Translations under genes and position numbers: made by a program
Part shown: one piece after another, positions 9,982 to 19,553 of the stretch
Layout: each line of letters opens with the position of its first letter
Position numbering within the stretch: the stretch's first letter is position 1
Source: Bacteroidota bacterium
GTDB lineage: Bacteria > Bacteroidota > Bacteroidia > Bacteroidales > UBA4417
Length of the DNA stretch: 64,000 bases
Reading direction: 5' to 3'
Assembly: GCA_037142075.1 (NCBI GenBank)
Contig: JBAXBJ010000013.1
Location: forward strand, 6,228 to 70,227
Notes under the pieces: generated by a model
What the model saw: the letters and a program-made list of their open reading frames with translations, nothing else
What the model was told of the DNA's origin: nothing
Databases searched by the model: none

Positions 9982-10220
9982 TTTTGGCAAATAACCCCGC
10001 CGACTGGTTGTGGAAGTTGGCGCAGTTAAGGAATCTTGGTTTGAGGGTAATGAAGTTTTCATGGTGTATAATTTTTAATGGTAAAAGGGAAGCTGAGGGC
10101 TGAATTTTACACAAAACCGAAATGACAGTTAAGGTAAGATACAGAGTGTAAAATTATGCATTTTTTGTTAAAAATATTGATCTAAATTGGAAGAAAGGTT
10201 ATATGACAACTGGTTAGATA

Positions 10221-10256
10221 AAAAAATCCCTCACCGGTTTCCGATGAGGGATTTTT
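10221..10256 (-). terminator. intrinsic terminator
   Basis: AAAAATCCCTCA-(11 nt)-TGAGGGATTTTT with a U-run on the minus strand, 18 nt after the stop of the 10274-10987 gene. Confidence 0.7.
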
Positions 10257-10273
10257 AAAATTCCTGTTTTAAA

Positions 10274-10987
10274 CTACATGTTGGCGAGTAGTTTTGCGTT
10301 TTCTACGATAACTTCGTAAAAGTATCCTGCGCCAAAATCTTTTTTGAGGGTAACAGTGCCTTCAAAAGTTACCACGTCACCTACTTTTGTGACGTCATTG
10401 GTGGTAAAAGTGAGGTCGAAATCGCCTGCATTATTGGTTCCGTCCTGAAGATGTACCCAGTTTTTACTCATTATTTCGGAGCTGTATTTAACAACTTCAC
10501 CCCTGATCTTTACGGTTTTCCCCGCATACTTGTCTTTATTGGCAAATAATTCGGCAATGGTAATGCCTCCCGGAGCCGGATCAACTTTGATACCTTCTTT
10601 GGCCACGGCAGCTTGTTTGCCTTTGAGCGAGTCGGCCATTGATATTTTACCCGCAGTAATAGGTTGATCGCTGAATTTATCGACAAATAAAATTGAAGGG
10701 AAGGTCCTGTTTAACTCTTTGCTCACGAAGTTGGTCATTTCCATGCCGGCTTCATAATAATAAGTTTTCCCTTTTTCAATTTCTGCTTTTCCGATAGCTA
10801 TCCAGTTTTCGTTTCCGTTTTCCGATACCCTTATATAAGTATAACCGCTGGTTTGGATTACTTCTTCGGCAACGGCTTTATGCACGTTTGGGGCAAGATT
10901 CTCGTCGGTGGTACTTTTTGGCTTGCATGATGCTGCAAAAACAATAACGCTGGCCAGAAGGATGAATAAGTTTAACTTCATTTTCAT
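10274..10987 (-). CDS. lipoprotein of unknown function
   Basis: 237 aa with a lipobox-like signal peptide (LLASVIVFAASC). No diagnostic catalytic motif recognised. Confidence 0.75.
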   Translation of the reverse strand: MKMKLNLFILLASVIVFAASCKPKSTTDENLAPNVHKAVAEEVIQTSGYTYIRVSENGNENWIAIGKAEIEKGKTYYYEAGMEMTNFVSKELNRTFPSILFVDKFSDQPITAGKISMADSLKGKQAAVAKEGIKVDPAPGGITIAELFANKDKYAGKTVKIRGEVVKYSSEIMSKNWVHLQDGTNNAGDFDLTFTTNDVTKVGDVVTFEGTVTLKKDFGAGYFYEVIVENAKLLANM

Positions 10988-11232
10988 GATTCAATTTACA
11001 TTATGTGAATAATTTCGTTTTCTGTTGACGCTGCAAAAGTATTCATATTTATACATATTTTAAAAGAATCGACTTAAAAACCTGCATTTATTACGACTTA
11101 ACAGTGAATTCACAAGTTCCGGATTTCGAAAGGCCATATACTCCCGATTTTGTTTTCAAAACCGGGAATGCTGAATTTAAATATGGTACTTTTATCTTAG
11201 CACCCTATCCTTCTCAAATCCTTTAAAAATGC

Positions 11233-11240
11233 TACCTTTG
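11233..11240 (+). promoter_or_regulatory. Bacteroidetes -7 promoter element TAnnTTTG (TACCTTTG) upstream of leuS
   Basis: Exact match to the Bacteroidetes sigma-A -7 consensus, 65 nt upstream of the ATG at 11305. Confidence 0.5.
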
Positions 11241-11304
11241 CACACTTCTTCCAAATCCATAGGAAGTAGCTTAAGTGATTAATCTGAAACAATTTACAAT
11301 TTTC

Positions 11305-14300
11305 ATGGAATATAATTTTAGTGAAGTTGAGAAAAAATGGCAAAAGCAATGGGCTGCCGAAAAAGTGAATAAAACCGAAATCGATACCCGGAAACCAAAA
11401 TTTTATGTGCTCGATATGTTTCCGTATCCTTCGGGCGCCGGTTTGCACGTCGGTCACCCGCTTGGGTATATAGCTTCCGACATTTACGCGCGTTACAAGC
11501 GTTTGAAAGGTTTTAACGTTTTGCACCCCATGGGTTACGATGCATATGGACTTCCTGCCGAACAATACGCAATTCAAACCGGCACGCACCCGGCGGTTAC
11601 CACCGAAATAAACCTGGCGCGTTACCGCGAACAATTGGACAAAATCGGGTTTTCTTTCGATTGGGATCGTGAGGTACGCACCTGTGATCCCGATTATTAC
11701 AAATGGACGCAATGGACTTTCATTCAGTTGTTTAATTCGTGGTACAACAAAAAGACAGATAAAGCAGAGGCAATCAGCCAATTAATTGATATTTTCAATA
11801 CGGAAGGGAATGCCCGGGTTTTGGCGGCCTGTAATCCGACTCCTGCATTTACTTCGGAGGAGTGGGAAGGGATGAGTGAGAAGCAACAACAGGAAATTCT
11901 GCTGAACTACCGCCTGGCTTACCTTGCCGAAACGGCTGTAAACTGGTGCCCTGCATTGGGTACAGTGCTTGCCAACGACGAGGTCAGCGAAGGACGTAGC
12001 GTGCGCGGCGGGCATCCGGTTGAGCGTAAACAAATGAAACAATGGCTGTTGCGTATTACTGCATATTCCGACCGTTTGCTAGGTGGTCTGAATACAATTG
12101 ATTGGACGGAATCGATTAAAGAAATCCAACGTAACTGGATTGGTCGCTCCGAAGGGGGGAGCATGCGTTTTAAAGTTATTGACCTCCCCCTGACCCCCTC
12201 CAAGGGAGGGGGAACCCCAGACATGCTCGTCCTTGCTGAAATCGAAACGCATACAAGCCACAGGTATAATTATATGACTACCGACCCTCATTCCTTTAGC
12301 TTGTTGAACGAAAGAGCAAAAAAAATGAGAAAGCAGCTTACCGAAGCTGAGAAAATTATTTGGGAGAAACTTCGGAAAAAGCAGATCAAATATAAGATTC
12401 GCAGGCAACAGATTATTGACAAATATATAGTTGACTTTGTTTGTCTTCCTAAAAAAACAATTATCGAAATTGATGGTCCAATCCATGATTTTCAAAAAGA
12501 TCTCGATGAAAATAGAACTAAATACCTGAATGCTTTAGGATATGAAGTATTGAGGTATAAAAACGAGGATGTTTTTGCTGATGCCGAAAAAATTGCGCAA
12601 GAAATTGCTGACTTTCTCGATGGTAAAGTCCTCCCCTCCGGGGAGGATTTAGGAGGGGTTTTACCCCAACTTGAAATCGAGGTTTTTACAACCCGCCCCG
12701 ATACCATTTTTGGTGCCACTTTTATGGTACTTGCACCCGAACACGAGCTGGTTTCGAAAATTACGACTCCTGATTTCCGCGAAAAGATTGAAACCTACGT
12801 AAATTGGGCTAAAAACCGTACCGAACGCGAACGCATGACCGAAGTGAAAAAAGTCAGCGGCGAGTTTACAGGTTCCTACGCTGTAAATCCGTTCACGGGT
12901 GCGCCCATTCCCATCTGGATTGCCGATTATGTGCTGATGGGATACGGAACCGGTGCCATCATGGCTGTTCCGGCGCACGACAGCCGCGATTTTGCTTTTG
13001 CACGCTATTATAATTTGCCCATCGTACAGGTCGTAAATAAACCCGGTCACGAGGCTACCGATCCATCAACCTGGGAAGAATCCTACGATTCTAAGGATGG
13101 CATAATGATCAATTCGGGATTTATTGATGGAATGCAGGTGAAGGAAGCCATCAGCACCGTGATCCGGGAAACCGAAAAACTTGGAATCGGACAAGGGAAA
13201 ATAAATTTCCGTCTTCGTGATGCCATTTTCAGCCGTCAGCGCTATTGGGGTGAGCCTTTTCCTGTATATTACAAAGAGGGAATGCCCTATACCTTGCCCG
13301 AAGATCAGCTGCCACTGCTTTTACCTGAGGTGGATGCATACCTCCCGACTGAAAATGGAGAACCTCCGTTAGCCAGGGCTAAAAACTGGGTGACAACCGA
13401 TGGTTACCCGCTTGAAACCAATACTATGCCTGGATTTGCCGGTTCGAGCGGGTATTACCTGCGGTACATGGATCCGCGCAACGACCATGAATATTTCTCG
13501 AAAGAAGCCGTAAACTACTGGCAAAATGTGGATTTGTATATCGGTGGAGCCGAACATGCCACAGGCCATTTGCTTTATGCCCGTTTTTGGAATAAATTTC
13601 TTTTCGACCTTGGCTATTCCGTTATGGATGAGCCTTTTAAAAGATTGATTAACCAGGGCATGATTCAGGGTCGTTCGAGCTTTGTGTATAGGGTGAATCC
13701 TGAAAAGATGGCCGAATATATTCTTTGGGAAAAGATCAAAGATAATAAACTGGGTGTGAGTTTCGAACGCGATTTTAAGGACGGAACTCGTAAATTCGAT
13801 TTTTTCAGCCTTGAGGCGAAGCTATTAATTGAAATTAAAAGACAAAAATCGCTCGAAAAACTTGTTGACCCTTACGAAGCCTATGCCGCCGAAAAGGGCT
13901 ATAAATTAATTCTCATCCCGATGATTGACTTTGTTGACGGAGGTGTTGATAAAGTTGTTGAGCGTATTGCGTCAGCTATTAAAGGAGACGATGTACCTGC
14001 ATTTGTTGAGAAGGAGGGCTGGGAAAATATTCCGATTTTTGTTTCAAAGAATTATCCCGGGCGCGAACATTATTCCGATCCCCTGCACGTTGATATAAGC
14101 TTGGTTCGAAACGATATTCTTGATATTGAAGCTTATAAGAACTGGCAGTCACACCTGGCAGATTCTTATTTCATTCTCGAAGATGGCAAATACATCTGCG
14201 GAAGCGAAGTCGAAAAAATGTCGAAATCGAAGTACAATGTGCAGAATCCTGACGATCTGATCGAACGTTACGGGGCCGATACCCTTCGTTTGTACGAAAT

Positions 14301-14898
14301 GTTCCTTGGTCCGTTGGAACAATCAAAGCCATGGGATACCAGTGGAATCGAAGGCGTTTTTCGTTTTATACGTAAATTCTGGCGCTTATTCCACGATTAC
14401 GATGTTAACTTTATAGTCTCTGACGAAGCTCCCAGCGCAGCTGAATTAAAGGTTCTGCACAAGACGATCAAAAGAATACAGGATGACACCGAACGTATTT
14501 CATTCAACACGGCGGTCAGCAGTTTTATGATTTGTGTAAACGAGCTTACCGAACTGAAGTGCAACAAGCGAGCTATTCTCAGCGAACTGGTCATTCTTAT
14601 ATCCCCTTATGCACCTCATATTGCGGAAGAGCTATGGCAACTTCTGGGCAACAAAGAGAATGTCTGCAAAGCCAGTTTTCCCGAATTTAATGCTGCTTTT
14701 ACCATCGACAATACGTATGCTTATCCCGTATCCTTTAACGGGAAAACACGTTTCACACTTGAATTGCCGAAAGATATGCCGGCTGCTGAAGTAGAGAAAG
14801 CCGCATTGAACGCTCCCGAAGCACAGAAATGGCTGAATGGCGCGCCACCTAAAAAGGTAATTGTTGTGCCGGGGAAGATTGTGAATGTAGTGGTGTAA
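11305..14898 (+). CDS. leuS: leucine--tRNA ligase carrying two in-frame nuclease-like insertions
   Basis: The canonical N-terminus [16 protein letters not shown] starts at the ATG at 11305; the track start GTG at 11275 is less likely. LeuRS motifs present: HIGH-type [14 protein letters not shown], editing-domain [32 protein letters not shown], and KMSKSK. Length is 1197 aa versus 860 aa for E. coli LeuRS. Confidence 0.95.
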   Translation: MEYNFSEVEKKWQKQWAAEKVNKTEIDTRKPKFYVLDMFPYPSGAGLHVGHPLGYIASDIYARYKRLKGFNVLHPMGYDAYGLPAEQYAIQTGTHPAVTTEINLARYREQLDKIGFSFDWDREVRTCDPDYYKWTQWTFIQLFNSWYNKKTDKAEAISQLIDIFNTEGNARVLAACNPTPAFTSEEWEGMSEKQQQEILLNYRLAYLAETAVNWCPALGTVLANDEVSEGRSVRGGHPVERKQMKQWLLRITAYSDRLLGGLNTIDWTESIKEIQRNWIGRSEGGSMRFKVIDLPLTPSKGGGTPDMLVLAEIETHTSHRYNYMTTDPHSFSLLNERAKKMRKQLTEAEKIIWEKLRKKQIKYKIRRQQIIDKYIVDFVCLPKKTIIEIDGPIHDFQKDLDENRTKYLNALGYEVLRYKNEDVFADAEKIAQEIADFLDGKVLPSGEDLGGVLPQLEIEVFTTRPDTIFGATFMVLAPEHELVSKITTPDFREKIETYVNWAKNRTERERMTEVKKVSGEFTGSYAVNPFTGAPIPIWIADYVLMGYGTGAIMAVPAHDSRDFAFARYYNLPIVQVVNKPGHEATDPSTWEESYDSKDGIMINSGFIDGMQVKEAISTVIRETEKLGIGQGKINFRLRDAIFSRQRYWGEPFPVYYKEGMPYTLPEDQLPLLLPEVDAYLPTENGEPPLARAKNWVTTDGYPLETNTMPGFAGSSGYYLRYMDPRNDHEYFSKEAVNYWQNVDLYIGGAEHATGHLLYARFWNKFLFDLGYSVMDEPFKRLINQGMIQGRSSFVYRVNPEKMAEYILWEKIKDNKLGVSFERDFKDGTRKFDFFSLEAKLLIEIKRQKSLEKLVDPYEAYAAEKGYKLILIPMIDFVDGGVDKVVERIASAIKGDDVPAFVEKEGWENIPIFVSKNYPGREHYSDPLHVDISLVRNDILDIEAYKNWQSHLADSYFILEDGKYICGSEVEKMSKSKYNVQNPDDLIERYGADTLRLYEMFLGPLEQSKPWDTSGIEGVFRFIRKFWRLFHDYDVNFIVSDEAPSAAELKVLHKTIKRIQDDTERISFNTAVSSFMICVNELTELKCNKRAILSELVILISPYAPHIAEELWQLLGNKENVCKASFPEFNAAFTIDNTYAYPVSFNGKTRFTLELPKDMPAAEVEKAALNAPEAQKWLNGAPPKKVIVVPGKIVNVVV
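12175..12669 (+). mobile_element. in-frame DUF559 (Vsr-like PD-(D/E)xK endonuclease) cassette inside leuS
   Basis: The core [75 protein letters not shown] matches the DUF559 pattern. It is bounded by 8-bp GC hairpins at 12194-12212 (CCCCCTCC-aag-GGAGGGGG) and 12629-12647 (TCCTCCCC-tcc-GGGGAGGA). An internal in-frame ATG lies at 12274 (MTTDPHSF). Confidence 0.6.
13696..14030 (+). other. second leuS insertion, degenerate PD-(D/E)xK-like module before the KMSKS loop
   Basis: The segment [45 protein letters not shown].. repeats the D-F..(L/I)IEI(D/K) and GY.(V/L) pattern of the first insert. It lies between the conserved [14 protein letters not shown] and [21 protein letters not shown]. Confidence 0.4.
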
Positions 14899-14902
14899 TT
14901 CC

Positions 14903-14951
14903 GGGAGAAGTGAGGGGTGACAGGGCGAGGGATGAGGAGCGATAGGGCCTG
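14903..14951 (+). repeat. purine-rich heptad-phased element (class GTGACAG/GCGAGGG) directly after the leuS stop
   Basis: GGGAGAA GTGAGGG GTGACAG GGCGAGG GATGAGG AGCGATA GGGCCTG. Related elements lie at 24834-24903 and 63479-63520. Confidence 0.7.
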
Positions 14952-15253
14952 TGAAAAAGCAAAAACTGCAAGGTCTGTCAATCAATCACTAAGTCCAGTT
15001 TATCAATAGTTTATGAAGATTGATAATCGGGATAGGAAATTAGGGTCTTATCTTTTAATTTGATGTTTTTTCGAGTATACCATTCGTTAAGGAATTAAAA
15101 ACATTAAACATTGAACACAAAATGTAAAAGTATTGTAAGCCCTTTACTTTTTCATTCTTAATTTAGTGTTTTATGTTTTGAGTTCTTTTTTGGGCCTGGC
15201 TAGTCCAGGTTAGGACCTTTCTAATTCGAAAATGTATCCCTTTTTGGTTAAAG

Positions 15254-16126
15254 CTAAAACAGGGATAACTGGCTTACTACTTCTTTACTTTCTACTGGTT
15301 CGTACATAGCAGGTAACTGGTATTTTTCTCTGAGTTTTTTAATTTTCAGATTTATCTTCTGTGCGTAAGCTGCATCTAACGAAGACGATGCGTAAAGTTT
15401 TGAAAATTCAGGAAATATTTCAGGGAAATGGAGTTTTAGCAGTTCCAGGAATTTCGCTTTTACTTCTCCTCTCAAAAATAAGAAGCTGGTAACAACATGA
15501 TCAATGCCATATTCCCTGGCTAGTCTGAAAGTCGTTTCTAAATTTTCATCCGTGTCAGATAACATGGGAATGATCGGCATAAACCCCAAGATTGTACTGC
15601 GGCTTATCCCTTTAAATTTGGCAAGCATTTCTACCCTTTCCATGGTTGATGAGGCGCCGGGCTCAATTACTTTGCGTATAGATTCGTCGAAAGTGGAAAT
15701 GCTGGTGGCTATATCGACCGTTGTGACCCCAGCAAGGCCTTTTAAAAGTTCAAAATCCCGCAATAGTAAAGTTGATTTCGTCTGAATGAAAACTGGGTTT
15801 TTATGTTTTTTTATTACAGCATAAATCTCAGGCAATAATTCGTACTTTTTCTCTGCATGCTGGTATAAATCGGCGATGCCTCCGATTTTGATTTGTGCAT
15901 GTTTCCATTTCTTTGTGCTCAATTCCTGCTCGAGGCATTCGGGTGTATTAGTTTTGACCAGTATATCTTTAGTAAAATCAGTGAGTGCCAGGTATTTGTG
16001 CGAATATTGTGCAAAGCAATATTTGCACCCAATGCTGCATCCCCGGTAAGGGTTTAAATCCCAATGAGTTGGAAATGCATCCGGGTGGTAGGTTAATACC
16101 TTTTTTGATTGAATCTCTTTTACCAA
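15254..16126 (-). CDS. radical SAM protein (SPL / DNA-repair photolyase-like family)
   Basis: 290 aa. Has the CxxxCxxC cluster motif RGCSIGCKYCFA near the N-terminus; overall layout resembles SplB-like radical SAM proteins. Confidence 0.8.
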   Translation of the reverse strand: MVKEIQSKKVLTYHPDAFPTHWDLNPYRGCSIGCKYCFAQYSHKYLALTDFTKDILVKTNTPECLEQELSTKKWKHAQIKIGGIADLYQHAEKKYELLPEIYAVIKKHKNPVFIQTKSTLLLRDFELLKGLAGVTTVDIATSISTFDESIRKVIEPGASSTMERVEMLAKFKGISRSTILGFMPIIPMLSDTDENLETTFRLAREYGIDHVVTSFLFLRGEVKAKFLELLKLHFPEIFPEFSKLYASSSLDAAYAQKINLKIKKLREKYQLPAMYEPVESKEVVSQLSLF

Positions 16127-16141
16127 AATAACTGTTTGAAA

Positions 16142-16171
16142 AAAATGAGCTGAAATAAATCAGCTCATTTT
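16142..16171 (-). terminator. intrinsic terminator
   Basis: AAAATGAGCTG-aaataaat-CAGCTCATTTT with an A-run at 16138-16145 (U-run on the minus strand), just after the stop of the 16191-16694 gene. Confidence 0.65.
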
Positions 16172-16190
16172 GCGATCGGATTATAAAAAC

Positions 16191-16694
16191 TTATTTGCCT
16201 TGTGGTGAAGGTATTACGCCCAATTGAACCATCAAGCCATACATATTTGTTGTTTGCCATTCGGCTACGACCTTGCCATCTTTGATCTGACGGATAAACT
16301 GGCCTGTTCCCATCACTCTTTTATTTGTTGCCGGTATTCCAAAGAAAGGTCCCGAGTTGGTCATTTCGTTGATATAATCAACCGATACCATATCTCCTTC
16401 CGCAATTACCCTGGGAAATTTCATATCCATATTTGTCATGGCAGTACAAAGCATTTCTTTCATGAAATAAATGTATGCCTGTTTGCCTATCGGAGCCTGT
16501 CCGTCGCCGATGTATTGAAAATTTTCGTCCAATAAGGCATCTACCTTATCCCATTGACCGTTCATAATGGCTTTCGATAAGCCTAACGTGATTTCTTTGT
16601 TTGCCGAGGTTTCCATTGTTTTTGTTGCTTTTGTTTGTGAATAAATTGTTGTTGTAGCCGCAATCAGCATCAGACTTAAAATTACTTTTTTCAT
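16191..16694 (-). CDS. exported SnoaL-like ester cyclase / NTF2-fold protein
   Basis: 167 aa with a signal peptide. The C-terminal segment GPFFGIPATNKRVMGTGQFIRQIKDGKVVAEWQTTNMYGLMVQLG matches the ester-cyclase family pattern. Confidence 0.75.
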   Translation of the reverse strand: MKKVILSLMLIAATTTIYSQTKATKTMETSANKEITLGLSKAIMNGQWDKVDALLDENFQYIGDGQAPIGKQAYIYFMKEMLCTAMTNMDMKFPRVIAEGDMVSVDYINEMTNSGPFFGIPATNKRVMGTGQFIRQIKDGKVVAEWQTTNMYGLMVQLGVIPSPQGK

Positions 16695-16804
16695 TTTTGT
16701 TTTAAATTATTTGTGTTAGCAAAGGTGAAACTATCACTTTATATACACAATATACTACCCAAAATGAAAGTACTATACATTAGGTAAGTGACGAGAAAGA
16801 ATTT

Positions 16805-16812
16805 TACCTTTG
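16805..16812 (+). promoter_or_regulatory. TAnnTTTG -7 element (TACCTTTG) upstream of the HxlR-family gene
   Basis: Exact consensus 15 nt upstream of the ATG at 16827. This argues against the GTG at 16788 as the start. Confidence 0.5.
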
Positions 16813-16826
16813 CAAAAACAAAGAAC

Positions 16827-17153
16827 ATGAAACGATACGAATTAGACGGCACTTTTTACTATTGCCCGGTCGACTTAACTCTTTCAATAATTGGGGGGAG
16901 ATGGAAAAGCCTGGTATTCTGGAACCTGCGGAACGGCACCCTGCGTTTTGGTGAAATCAAGAAAATATTGGTAGGGATAAATGATAAAATGCTGACCCAG
17001 GTTTTGCGGGAACTTGAAAAGAGCGGCGTGGTCAACCGGAAGGTTTATGAAGTAATCCCACCCAAGGTGGAATATTCCTTAACCGATGAAGGGAAGAAAT
17101 TACTGCCTGTGATGCAGCTAATGTCCGATTGGGGCGAAAAATTTGAAGTTTAA
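16827..17153 (+). CDS. HxlR-family winged-helix transcriptional regulator
   Basis: CPVDLTLSIIGGRWKSLVFWNL..GTLRFGEIKK...LTQVLRELEKSGVVNRKVYEVIPPKVEYSLTDEG is the classic HxlR/DUF24 pattern. It is divergent from the ester-cyclase gene. Confidence 0.9.
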   Translation: MKRYELDGTFYYCPVDLTLSIIGGRWKSLVFWNLRNGTLRFGEIKKILVGINDKMLTQVLRELEKSGVVNRKVYEVIPPKVEYSLTDEGKKLLPVMQLMSDWGEKFEV

Positions 17154-17159
17154 TACGGA

Positions 17160-19124
17160 TCACTTTACCAGCCATGGCGCAACATAGTCGGCTGGTCGTG
17201 CTTTAACGACGGGTGTTTTGGGGATAAATACGATATCAATTTTTTCAATTTTACCCTTTTCAATTTTATACAGCAATGATTGATACGGATCAAAAATGAG
17301 ATTGAGTTTGTATTTTATCCCGCCGAAATTTAGTTCTACGGGCAATATTTTTGTTTCTGATTCCAACGCTTGTCCATATTCCAGCGGAAACTTAATCCGG
17401 TCCGCCTTTGGATTCGGGAAGAAAGCATAAAGGGCTTCACCTTCTATGCGGCACCAATGGCGGGGTATTATACTCCCGGTTACGAAAGGGCTAAGGTTTT
17501 TCGGCAGACCGGTCGTTACATTTTTCGATTTTTTTAGTTTATCAACCCATTTTGAATAATCCTTATGGGGAACAGCTCCGGGTTCTTTCGGCTCATTTTT
17601 CAAAATAATTTTCAAACCCTTATCGGCAAGTTCATTCAGCCGTTTAACAACTTTATAATCAAGATATTCTGCTTTTATATACAACGCCTTGAAGTTGGCA
17701 TCACCTGTTTTCAAAACACCGTTTTCAACCACAGCCTGATGCAGGAATTCGCCGTTTATCCAGGTTGGGTTGTACCCGGCCAATTCATCGGGAAAATAGA
17801 CATATCGCATTTCGTAGTAGCCCCAGGCCCAGATAAACTGCTTCTCTTTAGGCATCACCCCGGCAGTCCAGGCATCTTCAGTCGGCAGGTAAACGGCTAT
17901 ATCGGAATAAGTTTTCCCTTTTTTCATATACCCTGAAACAGTTTCCAGGTAATGGTTAAATGGCTTGATTTCGGGCGCCATTTCGCTATTATCGCCGATA
18001 TGAGTCGTGGCATAAAAATTGACCGTATCCTGGCCTTTAGGGTTGTGTGCCTTGCCGTGCCATATTATTTGATTGATGCCGTTAGCCAGCAGTGCATCGG
18101 CCACCAGTTTCAAATCGGCGGCTTGTTCTTTGCGCATATAATCGCGTGGCCAGCCATAAAGGCAGGTAAATGTTTCGGAAGAAACGGTCTTTTTACCTGT
18201 CAGCAAAGCCGCTGATGCGGGAATGCTGCAAAACTCAGGCTCGAAAAGCATGGATTCGCCTTCAGGAATATCCAGCAGCGAATATCCCGAAATTAAATCA
18301 CAGGGAGCACCCGAAACCTGGCCCCTCGAAATTATCCCTGCCGAGTTTAAAGTGGAATCATAATCGTGATAAAATTTCAGAACCTTTTCGGAAATCAAAC
18401 TCATGTAGTCGTAGAGATGATTTTGATTGCGTGGCAGATAAATTGAATCCATAAAAGGGATAAGGTCGTAGCCGAATTTTTGTTTGAAATCTATATCAAA
18501 GCCGGCACACCATAATTTTTCTGTTTCTACTTCCCAACTGTCGATAAAATAAGCGGTCGGAATTTTTGTTTCCGGTCGTGGAAATGCTTTCAGCAACCTG
18601 TCGAAGTAAGGTTGATAGTTTTTTTGCGTCAGGTGGTCGATTACATATCCCGTTTTCGGGTGCTGCCAGGAGCGGGTAATTTCCTGTCGCCACGTTGAGT
18701 CGCCATATTTCCGGGTGGCTTGGTCAAAAGTAACTTCTGTATCACCAAAAGGCCAGAGCGTACCAAACGTTAAATCACATCCTAAACCGATGGAATCGGC
18801 ATATTCTTTTGTGAAATTTACGATTTTAGTCCATTCCTGGCTGAGCCATTCCTGGCGTGGTGTGTAGGTTGTATCTTTTTTATTAAACCTGTTCAGCGGG
18901 TAAACCCACGCCACCTCCACGCCACCAAAGCCATGCGCTTTAAGCCAGTCGAGGTTGTATCGTACATCCTGTTCTTTTATCATGGAGGCAAACCACCAGT
19001 ACCTAGCGTAGGGTCTTGAGTTATTTCCGGGCAGTTGGCTTTTGGTTATTACTTCGCTTTGAGCTGACAAATATACAGGAAAAGTAAGTATCAGAAGGAG
19101 GAGGAGAAGTTTAAGTGATTTCAT
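17160..19124 (-). CDS. exported glycoside hydrolase-like protein (family uncertain, GH106-like N-terminal signature)
   Basis: 654 aa with a signal peptide. PYARYWWFASMIKEQDVRYNLDWLKAHGFGGVEVAWVYPL resembles the N-terminal TIM-barrel signature of Bacteroidetes rhamnosidase-like hydrolases. The family call is from memory only. Confidence 0.5.
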   Translation of the reverse strand: MKSLKLLLLLLILTFPVYLSAQSEVITKSQLPGNNSRPYARYWWFASMIKEQDVRYNLDWLKAHGFGGVEVAWVYPLNRFNKKDTTYTPRQEWLSQEWTKIVNFTKEYADSIGLGCDLTFGTLWPFGDTEVTFDQATRKYGDSTWRQEITRSWQHPKTGYVIDHLTQKNYQPYFDRLLKAFPRPETKIPTAYFIDSWEVETEKLWCAGFDIDFKQKFGYDLIPFMDSIYLPRNQNHLYDYMSLISEKVLKFYHDYDSTLNSAGIISRGQVSGAPCDLISGYSLLDIPEGESMLFEPEFCSIPASAALLTGKKTVSSETFTCLYGWPRDYMRKEQAADLKLVADALLANGINQIIWHGKAHNPKGQDTVNFYATTHIGDNSEMAPEIKPFNHYLETVSGYMKKGKTYSDIAVYLPTEDAWTAGVMPKEKQFIWAWGYYEMRYVYFPDELAGYNPTWINGEFLHQAVVENGVLKTGDANFKALYIKAEYLDYKVVKRLNELADKGLKIILKNEPKEPGAVPHKDYSKWVDKLKKSKNVTTGLPKNLSPFVTGSIIPRHWCRIEGEALYAFFPNPKADRIKFPLEYGQALESETKILPVELNFGGIKYKLNLIFDPYQSLLYKIEKGKIEKIDIVFIPKTPVVKARPADYVAPWLVK

Positions 19125-19218
19125 AAATATCTTTATTTGATCAACAACTATAATTTGATTGTGAAGATTCTTGTCAAAAATAAAAATTATACTGCTAATC
19201 GGTGGGTAAAATTAGATT

Positions 19219-19380
19219 GTCGGAAGTCAGAAGACGGGAGTCGGAAGATACCCTGCAAACTATTTTGACCAGTATAAGTGTCAGATTGTAGGCAATTAAT
19301 ATTCTTCGACTTATTTTCCATTGGCAGAATGTAATATCATTCAGCAGGCACTTCGGTCTCCCGACTTCTGTCTTCTGACC
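19219..19380. repeat. MITE-like element: heptad-phased inverted arms around an AT-rich ~100-nt core (copy 1)
   Basis: Left arm at 19219-19248: GTCGGAAGTCAGAAGACGGGAGTCGGAAGA. Right arm at 19351-19380: CTTCGGTCTCCCGACTTCTGTCTTCTGACC. The arms are 25/26 and 26/29 identical to those of the copy at 41451-41612, in opposite orientation. Confidence 0.75.
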
Positions 19381-19553
19381 AAAAAACAGCAATTCCATTC
19401 AATCCGTTGCAGAACCAAAGTAAAAGATAAAGCCTCACATTCCCCGAACCAGGAACTTTGCAGCAGTCTTTCCTGCGATTTGAGTCCTGGAAATTTGGAG
19501 TTTGGGGGTTACCGGGTGCAGAAAGTTATTGTCTTTGGGAATAACAGGAAGTA

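Noticed and set aside
12175-12669. An intein in leuS
   Set aside because: There is no Cys/Ser/Thr at the N-terminal junction, no His-Asn plus Cys/Ser/Thr at the C-terminal junction, and no Hint-domain blocks. The insert is a DUF559-type domain, not LAGLIDADG/HNH within a Hint fold.
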